A stretch of 64,000 nucleotides of DNA from contig CM060734.1 of the NCBI GenBank assembly GCA_030704615.1, positions 29,574,001 through 29,638,000 of the forward strand, in the 5' to 3' direction. This document shows, piece after piece, positions 1 through 10,636 of the stretch (positions are counted from its first letter, which is position 1; each line of letters begins with the position of its first letter). The stretch comes from Takakia lepidozioides (Eukaryota > Plantae > Bryophyta). Both the position numbers and the translations under genes were made by a program. Under the pieces are notes generated by a model. That model saw only the letters and a list, made by a program, of their open reading frames with translations. It made no database searches and was not told where the DNA came from.

Positions 1-394
1 TGTTTAATGAAGCACAATCCACCTCTATTTGATAGAACTAAGCAGGAACAAAAGGTGGCTCGTAGATGGGCTGAATTCTTCTACAATGATATATCTCTAT
101 GTCAAGAGGGCCAAAATGAAGAAAAAATAAATTAGGCAAAGACTACAAAGTAACCAAGATGATTCAAAATTCAATTCAAATCTGTAACATCATTGCTTAC
201 AATGAAGACAAGAGCAATCACGTGAAGTACTTTGTCAATGCTGCGAACATTATGAGCATTTCATATTGTATGTGAGCCATCTCTCTACATTTAAAGTCTA
301 TGGACATCATTGTAACCTAGAGCACTTCCAATTCATATAATGAGTAAGAGTAATGACTCTACCAATAATTATTGAGTTGTGCAGTCAAAGTCAT

Positions 395-505
395 TAAAAT
401 GACTCTTTCTGAGTGATTAAAATGATTCTTCCTGAGTGATTAAAATGACCCTGAGTAATTAGAATGACTCTGACTGAGTGATTAAAATGACTCAAGTGAT
501 TCATT
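395..505. repeat. Short imperfect tandem repeats (GAGTGATTAAAATGAC-like units)
   Basis: Several near-identical GAGTGATTAAAATGA units are visible; ORF 394..594 just translates this repeat. Confidence 0.6.
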
Positions 506-814
506 CTGATAGTAGTGAAGTTACTTAGTACTACTGATAAAGTCGATGGAGCACTACATAGAGTAATACTAATCACTATAATACTCACAATCATTTACAG
601 TACAATTAGACATAGACAAGGCAACTCAATTCTTTACTAAGAAATTTTTTGCAACATGTATAATCTCAAAAGAATGTTGTCAAAATATATACATCATCCC
701 ATCTTGTACTTATCCACAGAGTCTGAGTCCCAAAATTGTAACAAATACCGTATGAATGATAAACTAAATAAAAAGTCTAAATAGTCCAAGTCATTCGGTG
801 GCTGTGGCACAGGT

Positions 815-1010
815 GTACACCTCTTCAAGCACTTCTTAGGCCATACTGTAAAAGTATCCTTGACATGTTTCAGTAAGGTTTGAGGAGGATCATCGTTGTC
901 ATTAGGAACAGGCAAGGGTACACTATTCTCGTCATATTAACCTTCAAGAACCCCTCATCTATGTCTTTGCCATGGAACTTATCATTGCCAGAAAATTCCA
1001 AATCTAGGTC
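815..1010 (-). pseudogene. Degenerate CACTA/En-Spm ORF2-type (Tnp1/DUF8039-like) domain, copy 1
   Basis: Across a frameshift it reads FHGKDIDEGFLKVN...LPVPNDNDDPPQTLLKHVKDTFTVWPKK, matching the HG..I..G..KV....LP.P...L......WP pattern of CACTA accessory proteins. Recognised by eye, no HMM run. Confidence 0.4.
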
Positions 1011-1331
1011 ACTGCTGTTTGTCTCCTTTATCTGCAGGGTTCATGAGATGCACCATTTTGAACTTTTTGCACACCCAAACCTCAAACCCAGTCATTATTG
1101 GAAGCTAAAGTAAAGTGTAGAAAGAAATAAAGAACTTAGGTGTAGATGTGTACCTTATATCTTAGGCTCTAACGGGAGGACGGTGGGGGCTGCCTGCACA
1201 TGAGTGATAGGCCTTGATGCAGCCATCCTCTTGGAAAAAGAGACCTCTTTAGACTTAGTATGTGGACTGCATAGCATGTGGACTGTAGGTGACCTCCAAG
1301 TCAGCCTTAGTCTTTACTTAAGTAAACCAGT

Positions 1332-1416
1332 TGTCGTGCACCTAAGCATCCTGCCACAACATACATCGCTGTCCACCATACATTCTAAGCACACAATCCT
1401 AGAAAGCTATGCCACA
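1332..1416 (-). repeat. LTR segment Y, outer copy (85 bp)
   Basis: Direct repeat of 1786-1870, 4 mismatches in 85 bp by eye. Confidence 0.9.
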
Positions 1417-1418
1417 AT

Positions 1419-1783
1419 AGATAATGAAAGTGAACACAATAGAAACACTTCACTCTTGAATCCACTCAATCACATAAACTAAGTCAAGCCAAGGGCACCC
1501 TTGCTAAGGGAATCCACCCTACAAAGCCCTCAACACACCCCTTCTCAATACCTAGAGCTATGGAGGTGAGAGATGCTCATGGAGGCTCAACTACAAGAAG
1601 ATGAGCCCTCCTCAACACTCACAAGGGGAAAACCCATCCCCATGTGCCAAGTGAGGTTTGACACCTAACTTGGCATGTGAGACCAAATGAAGTCCCAACA
1701 CACAAAATACAAATATAAATATCCAAAATGTCCTAGTTACTAGAAGTAGGTAATTCTAGTTAACCATGACTAAAACCATGACA
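1419..1783 (-). repeat. LTR segment X, inner copy (~365 bp)
   Basis: Direct repeat of 9502-9865 with about a dozen differences; ends ...AAAACCATGACA on the + strand. Confidence 0.9.
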
Positions 1784-1792
1784 GCTGTCATG
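1777..1792. other. Palindromic Y/X junction CATGACA-GC-TGTCATG (putative intact attachment site)
   Basis: Perfect 16-bp palindrome joining the sequences that form the element's right end (..CATGACA) and left end (TGTCRTG..), separated by GC. Confidence 0.8.
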
Positions 1793-1870
1793 CACCTAAG
1801 CATCGTGCCACAACATACATCGCTATCCACCATACATTCTAAGCACACAATCCTAGAGAGCTATGCCACA
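1786..1870 (-). repeat. LTR segment Y, inner copy (85 bp)
   Basis: On the minus strand it starts TGTGGCATAG, immediately after the PPT. Confidence 0.9.
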
Positions 1871-1881
1871 ATCGCCCCCCT
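1871..1881 (-). promoter_or_regulatory. Polypurine tract AGGGGGGCG-AT
   Basis: Purine run followed by AT and then TGTG; the same sequence occurs in copy 2 at 28933-28943. Confidence 0.75.
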
Positions 1882-2189
1882 AGCTGATGTTTAGGTCCTT
1901 CTAACACCGGATAGCTGACAAGTATCCATCTCAATAAGATTATCGCTTGGTCTTCAATCGCACATCTCCCAATTTTCTAAAGTATATGGATCAAGAGGCC
2001 GGGTGCAACGAGAGCCCCATCGTTAGTCGCCTGTTTGCAATCCATGATCTTCAATTGAGTATCCATGGCGTTGAGCTCCCACCGGCTAGACCTTGGATCA
2101 CTTGTCAAATACACCATTGGCGTCCACTACCTATGGCCAAGGCATCGTGGTCACAACCAGTCCCCTCCCACTTGAACCTCTTGGCTCGT

Positions 2190-2720
2190 GTAGGAACCGC
2201 CATTGGTACAAGCAATCCTTCCCATGTTGGTCAATCCCCCAGAATGTCGTCTTTTGCTTGTCAGCCTCTTTGATTGGCAACCGGTGGTAACCGAGTCGCA
2301 AGTCCAATGTACTAAACACCTTTGCATGCCCAATAGCATCAAAGATTTCTTCTGGAGTTGGCATGGCATATCTATCGGACTTAGTCGGACGGTTCACAGG
2401 ACGATAGTCCCCACACATCCTTCTTTCTATCCAATTGCCATAGATATCCTTCTTAGCTGGCATCACCGTTGCCGAGGCATACTCCCCGCCTGACAATTCT
2501 ACCAATCCAGCTTCGAACAACTTCATAGTCTGTGACTGGATCAAAGACCTCTCCATGTCACTATACCTATAGGGCCTTCGAAAAATTGGCGTATCACTTG
2601 CCAAATCAATACGAATCTCTTGGCCCTTCAAACTCCCCAAATCCTTCAAACTGAAGGCAAAACAATTTCTATAAGCCCTTAGAAATTGCTGGATCTTTCG
2701 ACTCTCTCCTCCGGTGACTC
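2190..2720 (-). pseudogene. Ty3/gypsy reverse transcriptase, N-terminal half (truncated before YxDD)
   Basis: PIFRRPYRYS...RMCGDYRPVN...DRYAMPTPEEIFDAIGHAKVFSTLDLRLGYHRL...KTTFW...LYQWRFL, then an abrupt join to pre-integrase sequence. Confidence 0.93.
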
Positions 2721-3174
2721 TAGGTCCAACATCTGGTTCCCAGTTGTCCTCAGTGATTGCAACCTTGGGTACACCAGGCTTGGCGGTAGGAGACGCATCC
2801 TTTGGTTGCTAGATAGCAATCTCTTGGGCCTTATCCGTCCACCCTGACCGTGGCGTAGCCTCCATTTGCTCCGCCATAGCTACATTGAGAACATCATCTG
2901 GGGAAGAAACATTCTCAACCTCTTCAAAAACATTGGCCACCTTGGCCTCCAACTGATCCTCAGTGTATGGCTCTCCCCACTCCTCATATTGCTGCTTGAG
3001 AGATCCAATGACTCTCTCTTTCCACATCTCATCCCACATCTGCCATGGGTGTTTGCACCCCATGATCTTGTGCCCCCACTCACTGCCTCAACCATCCCGG
3101 TTGGCAGAGGGGATACAATATCAAATGGGAGTGCAGAAGTAGCCACCACTGTTTGCAACCTCCGTTGCTCAGCC

Positions 3175-4129
3175 ATGCACAAGCTAATGATCCATGTCAA
3201 GCAATTTAGATCCATTGCTTGATCCAACACATGTCGGCGTGATGCCTCTGACAGAGCTGGCACAACTGTAGTGCCCGTGGCAAATTCCTTTGCCCGCTCT
3301 CGCTCATCTGCATTGGGCTCCACCAATTGCTGTAGCACACTGTCTCAAATCAACCCAGGACCATTGTCTCGAAAAGCATGAGACAAGGGAAAGCTCATGA
3401 GCGTAGGCAAGGTCGCACGTGGCTGCCCCACTCAATTGACCACTGCTAGAGGTGGACGGTCATCATGTCGCACCCTCTGTGGTTGCCTCCCTTGGTCCAA
3501 AATGCCTCAACCGTGAGATTGGGTGGTCGTTGAATAGAATCGTATACTCTCTTGAGCAGCTTTGGTGGTGCAAGATTGGTCCACCACAATCGAGGTCAAT
3601 GCGCGCGTGATCCCACCGCTGCTGCATCCAATAGCACCGCCGATCCAATCCAAGACCGTACCTGATGCACACTGGCCATAACCCTGGCCCGAGAGTTCCC
3701 TATAAGAGGAACATTCTCCAAGATATAGGCTAGAGGTTGCACTTGCCTTGTCTGCAAGTCACGCAACACTCTCAACATCTCCCAAAACAAATGCGATCGT
3801 GCATCATGCAAGCCATTCCCATGACCTGCGGAAGAATGTCCTTGGCAAGGCCATCCGACTATCACCAAGTCAATGGCACCATGCCGGCCCAAATCATCCG
3901 CCCCCAGCATGGTAATGTCTGCTGGCAAGGCCTTTTGGTACCCTTGAATTGCTGAGAGATGCAACAACTCAGGATACTGGTGTGTGAGCAAGACAACGTG
4001 GCGAATAGAAATACGCCAAGCTATCTCATCCTTCTCCACATACAAGTACTTTCGTACTTTAATCCCAGCTTGCAACACTCCTGCAAGCCCAGTGCTCATG
4101 CCTCTAAACAGGTCTAGCAAACAAATCCC
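3175..4129 (-). pseudogene. C5 cytosine DNA methyltransferase domain (DNMT3-like layout) inside the retroelement polyprotein
   Basis: Motif I LDLFRGMSTG, II YVEKD, III DIT, IV GWPCQGHS, V DARSHLF, VI ILENV, VIII AH*PRLWWTNL (TGA at the expected Arg), IX/X ERERAKEF...SRRHVLDQAMDLNCLTWII. Confidence 0.92.
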
Positions 4130-4519
4130 TGAGTCAGGTGGTTGCCAGGTAATGGGCACTGTGTCCAAATGAGCTAACTGAGGAGGTCCAGGTGATGTCA
4201 CTGAACTCCCCTCACTTACCAATGGATAGGCCTCCTGCCATGCTTGGTGCACACACTCGCCTGCTACTCGATGCAAATTCCCAACTGTACCCCACAGTGG
4301 AATATGAACAGGCACATGAGGAAGCAAATCAGCCTTGTATGCCAATTGTTTGTCCTCATCAGGTGGTGGCCTATCATCTGCATGACTATTGCCCTCCAAG
4401 AGCTCACCACCCCAAGCCACCACCCCTGAGAATGCAGCCAATGTGGGCATCATGTTCCTATGATCCACCGCTACATTCCCAATAAACCGCACTGGGAGCA
4501 GTGCACGTCGACCATCCCC

Positions 4520-4900
4520 TGACTGTCATTCCGGCCTGTAGGATGTCGTTTCCTCCCAAAAGTCCAAAGTAAAGCCTATCGGGTATAACACAACCCCACC
4601 AATAACTTATAAGCACATCATAAGACATCGCGTCTGTAACAATGGCTTTAGCTCTCATGACAGAGCCATCTGTAGGATAATCTGGCTGCAATCGAATAAA
4701 GAGCTCATGGCGTGTAATCCCTCGTGCCTTCTCTGAACCGCCCAAAGATGTTTGAATTTGGAAAGGGCAAGGCTCCAAATCCGCCTCTGTAAGGCCCAAG
4801 CCTGCAATTGCTGCTCTCCCCAACATCAATGGATGTGCTCCCGTGTCCAACAAGACCCGTAGTGGCCTATACCTCCTCCCGGCTGGGCTACCCAACTGAA
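4520..4900 (-). pseudogene. Retroviral-type aspartic protease
   Basis: RVLLDTGAHPLMLG (DTG at ~4840-4848) ... YDVL; after a small indel the frame runs on into the DNMT ORF. Confidence 0.85.
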
Positions 4901-5399
4901 ACACACCATCCTGATTGTCCACCAAGACTACCCCAAGAGTCACCATACTATGCTCAATGGCTGGTCTAGCTGGCAACTCCTGCAACCTTGCAGCTGCCGC
5001 TTGCCATGGCGCAGTTGTGGCTGTCTTCATCCTTGAATCCAGGGCATCCATGCACTGCACCTGATCCGCTATCCCCGCAGATAGTGCCGATGCACCACCA
5101 CTCTCACAGTGTGTAGCTGCCAATCTAAACACTGCAGCTAGCCGCATCCTCGGCATTGCAATTGTTATGGCAGAAAACAATGGAGCTTGGCAAATTGCCG
5201 TAGCCGCCCCCAACAATGTACTGGCTACACCTTGCTTTGCAGTACCACCCATTGGCATTTCCCGAGCCATACCAACTCTCCCCAATGACATTCGTGGCTC
5301 TACCTCTAATACACTTGGGCGAGCGGGTGCCATCGATGGCATAGTTGGTACTGTCTCAGCCAATGTGAAAGACTATAGAAGCCTTGTCTGCCGACTTGC

Positions 5400-7037
5400 T
5401 TCCCCTCTTTGTGGATCAAAATCCACATTCGCTCCTCTTGGCTTAGGAGCACGTGTTGCTGCTCAAGTGATTGCAGCTGCAGAGTCCACATGCAATGGTC
5501 CTACAAGTGCGGCTCCACACATGAAGCCCATACCAATCTGGTCTTCCCTAGGCATAGGAGGTTGTGCAGGTGGGGCTTGAACCTCAGGCCTTGGAGCTAG
5601 CGCAACATGAGTAGTGGCCATGGTAGCAAGACGTTGCTCTAGCTGGGCAAGCCTATCCACCATGCCGTGGTCATGACCTTGTCCCTGACCCTGTGCTCTT
5701 TGGTTTTGGTTACGACCTCCACCACGACCTCCACCATGACCTCTGCCTCCTCTACCTCTCTGGAATACATTGCCTCGTCATCGGCCACCATTGTTTCCTT
5801 GGAACTGGCCTGGCCGTAGCTCAGGATGCAAGTCATAACAATGGGTCTCTTCATGCCCATACTTGCCACAATGCCTACACTGTGGTTGTGTAGGCTGTGC
5901 CTGTGCCGGCCCTTTACCTCTCTCCGAGCAATCTCTCTTAACATGGGGTCCTCCATAATCCCAACATGTCACTCCCGACTGTTGTTGGCCTGAGAATGAA
6001 GGAAGTGACCTCTACAATTGAGATCCTCTCTGTCCTTCCCTGGGCTTCACCTGAGCCCCTTTGTTGCCTTGAGCACGTTGGGGTAGTGGTTGTTGTTGGC
6101 TAGGAGCCCCACTTCGTTGTGTCTCCTTACCAAACCCCACCATGACCACTCGTTCCTCCACCATATTGAGCTCTATCCGCTCTGCCAGCAATAACACGTT
6201 TGCTAAGGTGGGTTGGGCCACCTGTAGGAGAGTTGCATCCCGCACCCTTCTCCTCAGCTCCTTGTCCAATATCCCATACCAAAATTGGACTGCTTGAGCT
6301 TCCGTAACCCCTTGGGTTACATTTATCAATCGCCTCATGCGTGTGTTCCCTCAAACTCTCGGTAGGCTTTCGTTGGAACTCTTGCAAGCTCCGCAATTTC
6401 TCCGTCCTTATCCCCTAGTAGTTTCTCCTTAACTCCTCGAAGAACTCCACAACTGGGTTAAAGGCAGGCACATGTGTTGGTGCTGCAGCATGAGCTTGGG
6501 TGGACTTCCCAGCTCCTGTTCCACTTGACATCCCACTGCTGCTTGCAGAAGCTGCCGGTGTCACCACTGCCCTTGTGCCTCTAGTGATGGAGACATAGTC
6601 AGGTGACCAATACACTCGTCATTCCTCAATCTCCACCTCATGTCCCCACCTAAACTCATGGTAGTCATCCATGGGCGGCCCCTCAAGGTGCTGAAACAGT
6701 CCCTTCCACGCCATAAAAGGCGTAAACAGTTGTGGATTGTGCATCTGCTGCAAATCACACCAACTATCAAACTCATGTTTGAAATCATCAAGCTCGATGG
6801 TGCCCACAGCTCCAGAGTACCGACATGGCCCCTTGGTAGCTCCATACATTTCCTCCATCGTATCCCACAACAATGGCACGGAAATGGCACCCTCGGCGAG
6901 AATCCTCCTAACTCTGAGTCTGAACCTTCCTCAGAAGACACTGAAGGTGAAGGTGGCATAAACCGTACACCTCGTCTTGTATACCCACTAGTATCGCTGG
7001 TGCTCGTACCGGCACTCTCCTCTGCAACTGGTGGCAC
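5400..7037 (-). pseudogene. Gag with two zinc knuckles (frameshifted)
   Basis: YSGAVGTIELDDF..., LQEFQRKPTESLRE, knuckles CWDYGGPHVKRDC and CRHCGKYGHEETHC; collinear with the gag of copy 2. Confidence 0.85.
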
Positions 7038-7779
7038 CTCCGTGATGAAAACTCACAACCACACATGTTGTAAACCTGTCTCTAATCCCCATTTCCACAA
7101 GGTAACCGGGTAGAGAACATGTTGCGGCTTATGGCTTAGATTACTAGGTTCGTAAATAAACCTGCACTTGTATCCACCGCAAGCACTCCTATGGTCTACT
7201 GGTCATCAACCCAGCCTCACCATAAGAGAAACAATGATGGTCTGACTGGTCATCACCCCAGCCTCACCACCGACAGCACGCTCTAGGATTGACCGGTGAT
7301 CAAATCCGGACCAACCTCCTATGAAAACAAGCGCCCACACAAAGCTAACATGACGCACAGTCAAGCATGCAGGTGTGGAGGAGATCCAAACACAAGAAAA
7401 TCAAGACAACAACTCCCCCACACCAAAAACACTCCACAGTGTCGCTCCTGCAATGATAACCCAGCCCCAACCCGGACTGACTCTTGCCTCCACCTACGGA
7501 AAGGTTTTGGCCTACAGAGAGGGTGAAAGACTACAAGGAAGAGAGACTAAAGCAATTCCTAATCCCAGCATGCTCTCATCCCACTACCCTATCTCCACAC
7601 TCTCTTGCTAGAACAATAGACAAAACTACCTTTCAAGGGTCTCTCAAATAACTCTCCAGGAGCCCTCAAGAATATGTTTTTCAAACAATCTCACTAAGGC
7701 TCCCAATCCTTGCACAATGGGACTCCAAAACAGTACACCAAGGCCCCAAGAGCCTGCCAAAACTTAGCCCTCGAGGACC

Positions 7780-8090
7780 CCAAATAGTCCCTCACACAAG
7801 TCGCCAAGACTCCTCAAGCTCGCCAAATATTGGCCTCTAAGGATCCCAAATAATCCTCCAAAGAACTTTAAATGGTCCTCCAAATGATCCTCCAAGGACC
7901 CCAAACAGTCTTCCAAGGACTCCCAATGGTCCTCCAAATAGTCCTCCAAGGACCCCATATAGTCCTCCAAGGACTCCCAATGGTCCTCCAAACAGTCCTC
8001 CAATCTAAGGACTCTTCCTATGTCACCACGTTCCCAATGTGTTCCCAATGCGTTCCCAAATTCCCAATGGGTTCCCAAAGTTCCCTACGA
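7780..8090. repeat. Tandem repeat array in the 5' leader of copy 1 (CCTCCAAGGACTCCCAATGGT-like units)
   Basis: Repeated units are visible; ORFs 7764..8078 and 7872..8201 are periodic translations of them. Confidence 0.8.
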
Positions 8091-9487
8091 ATATTCCTGA
8101 AAATATGCCATAGTATTCCCCCAATATTCCCCTGGGCCTATACGTATTTCCCTTGTATTCCCCTTGTATTCTCCGTAGGAATAGCCATTTCCCCCTCATA
8201 GAGTAGTTCAGTTCCTCCTAAGGTTTAGCCATTTCCCCCTAAGCTTTAGCCACTTCCCCCTCTATTTCCTTGAGGTTTAGCCTTACCAAGCTAGGGTTTG
8301 TGCTCCTTGGGGCTCTATGCTTAATCCCCTCAAACATCCATGAATTCTATGGGGTACCAAGACAAATTCCCTTGATCTTCTTCACCTTAAGCTACTCAAG
8401 TTTGTCTCTAACTCAACTAGCAATGCATTGGCCACACAACAAGCTCAATTTCTCATTAGAACTCAAAATCAAGCTTGTATCTCCTTTGGCAAGCCACCAA
8501 GCCTTGTCTCCTCTCAAGCCTTGGTCATTCAAGCTCCCTTCACTTGCTAGCTCAAGAGCCACTCCTCTCAAGCTTGAAATTGAAAAGCTCAAGCCAAAAG
8601 CATGCTTCACACATGCATCACCTCATACACAAGGGAATCAACTTGCTCCCTTCACCTTCTAGCTCTCCTCAAGCTTGAAGTTGGAAGCCACACTTGGGAA
8701 GCATGCTCCACATAAGCATCACTTGTTTGATCAACCATCCACCACAAAACTTAAGCCAAAAGGGAATGAATACATGAGCTTCACCTTCCCCTTCCTTGTC
8801 TTGTCACATGATAATGTATGGTTGAAGTTGTTATGCATGCCTTGAGCCACAATTTTTTTTCTTCATGAAAACCACTTCCAATGATCTCCCATATGTGCTC
8901 CAAGCTCTTCAATGCTCTAGGCTTGGTTTCACATCATCATGGATAGAATTTTCACCCATATGCTTTCCTTCAAACCTCTTGAGCTTCCTAATGCTCTCCA
9001 AGTGCTTGCCCTTGTTGTTTTCAAGCCCAAGCCTACAACATCCATAATTGAGCTTGCTTAACCCTAGATTGATAGTGAAATGAGCACTAACAATCCTTTA
9101 GTTGCTCTCCACATGCCATGGCATACACCATTGACTCCATAATGCATTGAAAAGATTCTCAAACCCTAGAATCCATGCTTCCACACACACAAGACTTCCC
9201 TCTTGCAATCCTTGCAAATCTTGTGGCAACAAGCTCCTTCTTGAGCTCTCCAACACCTTGATGTAACACCACAAATACCTTTCCTTGCAACCCTTGTGAT
9301 CTATAAGAGCTCCATCTTTGAGCTCTCCACCTCCTTAGGGCAAAGCAATATCTCTCAAAGCCCTAACACCACAAAGATATTCTTTTGCAATATATGCAAC
9401 ACCTTGCAACACAAGAGCTATCTTCCCAAGCTTTTCAACACACAATTGCTAAACTAATCCTTACACTCCGCACTCACAAGCATAAGG

Positions 9488-9501
9488 TCATCTTCTTGTA
9501 G
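9488..9501 (-). promoter_or_regulatory. Non-tRNA primer-binding site of copy 1 (CTACAAGAAGATGA)
   Basis: Abuts the ...TATCA end of segment X and is the exact reverse complement of 9673-9686 inside X. Confidence 0.75.
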
Positions 9502-9865
9502 TGATATGAAAGTGAACACAATAGAAACACTTCACTCTTGAATCCACTCAATCACATAAACTAAGTCAAGTCAAGGGCACCCTTGCTAAGGGAATCCACA
9601 CTACAAAGCCCTCAACACACTTCCTCTCAATACCTAGAGCTATGGAGGTGAGAGATGCTCATGGAGGCTCAACTACAAGAAGATGAGCCCTCCTCAACAC
9701 TCACAAGGGGAAAACCCATCCCCATGTCCCAAGTGAGGTTTGACACCTCACTTGACATGTAAGACCAAATGAAGTCCCAACACACAAAATACAAATATAA
9801 ATATCCAAAATGTTCTAGTTACTAGAAGTAGGTAATTTTAGTTAACCATGACTAAAACCATGACA
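9502..9865 (-). repeat. LTR segment X, outer (5') copy
   Basis: Repeat of 1419-1783; the minus strand starts TGTCATGG and ends TTTCATATCA. Confidence 0.9.
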
Positions 9866-10636
9866 CAGTGCTTGCTTAAAATCATCTGAGATCTCTGCCC
9901 ATTGCAAATATCTAAGCATAACACTTCTCTATGAGGATAATTTGGTTTCATCAAGGCAATGTCAACACAAATACTTCCCTAAAAATCATATGTTTCAAAA
10001 CTGAGACAAATCCAAGTATTCTACCATAGCCCAAATGGGGTGTACTGTCATGTTTTAAAACAAAACAAACATACTATTCAAAAATGAAACCATTCAACTG
10101 GGCTGTAAACTAAGATTGATCCAAGTCAAGATGGGTCTTCGAACTCCTCTGTATTAGATCCAAGGATAGATGGCTGAGTCATGCAATGTGTCCCACTGAC
10201 TAGGAACTATGTATTTGAATGACTACTACCAGAGTGGTATGTAAGTGATTAGGAATGCAACTGGGGAGTACATACCACTCTTCCTGTGATATGTAAGTGA
10301 TTAATCTACCACTAGTGGATTGAGAGAGGAAGCAATTGTGTCTGTTTTCCTACTGTCACAGTCTTACATATTATACCACTAGAAGAGTGGTGTGTAAGTG
10401 ATTCATACATTCCTAATACATTCCCATATAATTCTCATACAACTTGAAGATTCAAGCTTAAAAAAACAGAATAGAATCTCGGAGAATAAGTGCTGGAACA
10501 GAGTCAACAAAATCCAACCATAAAAGTTCTCCTTCTACATCTACACTACGTCCCCGCAGGCATGCTAAGAACACTGAACTATTTTCCTGCCTTTTCCTCA
10601 CTGCTAGCAATGTCTATGCCTGTACAAACCACACTT

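Larger units (their letters stand above)
1332..9865 (-). mobile_element. Ty3/gypsy-type retroelement copy 1 with C5 DNA methyltransferase and split (permuted) LTR; internally deleted
   Basis: Ends are TGTCGTG (1332) and CATGACA (9865), flanked by a 4-bp TSD CAGT (1328-1331, 9866-9869). Contains gag, DTG protease, DNMT, the N-half of RT and the last codons of the PHD finger. Confidence 0.92.

Noticed and set aside
3175-4129. Bacterial restriction-modification gene or contamination
   Set aside because: The domain is embedded in the gag-pol frame of two TSD-flanked elements within intron-containing plant DNA, with no cognate nuclease.
9493-9503. CACTACAAGAA on the minus strand resembling a CACTA terminus
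   Set aside because: No matching opposite TIR or 3-bp TSD. It is explained by the LTR end (CA) plus the PBS, and copy 2 has a different sequence here.
1332-9865. DIRS/Ngaro/PAT tyrosine-recombinase element, suggested by the split direct repeats
   Set aside because: The family has an aspartic protease, a Ty3-type RT, an rve integrase and 4-bp TSDs. No tyrosine recombinase motif is seen, and the MTase is C5-type, not the DIRS adenine-type.
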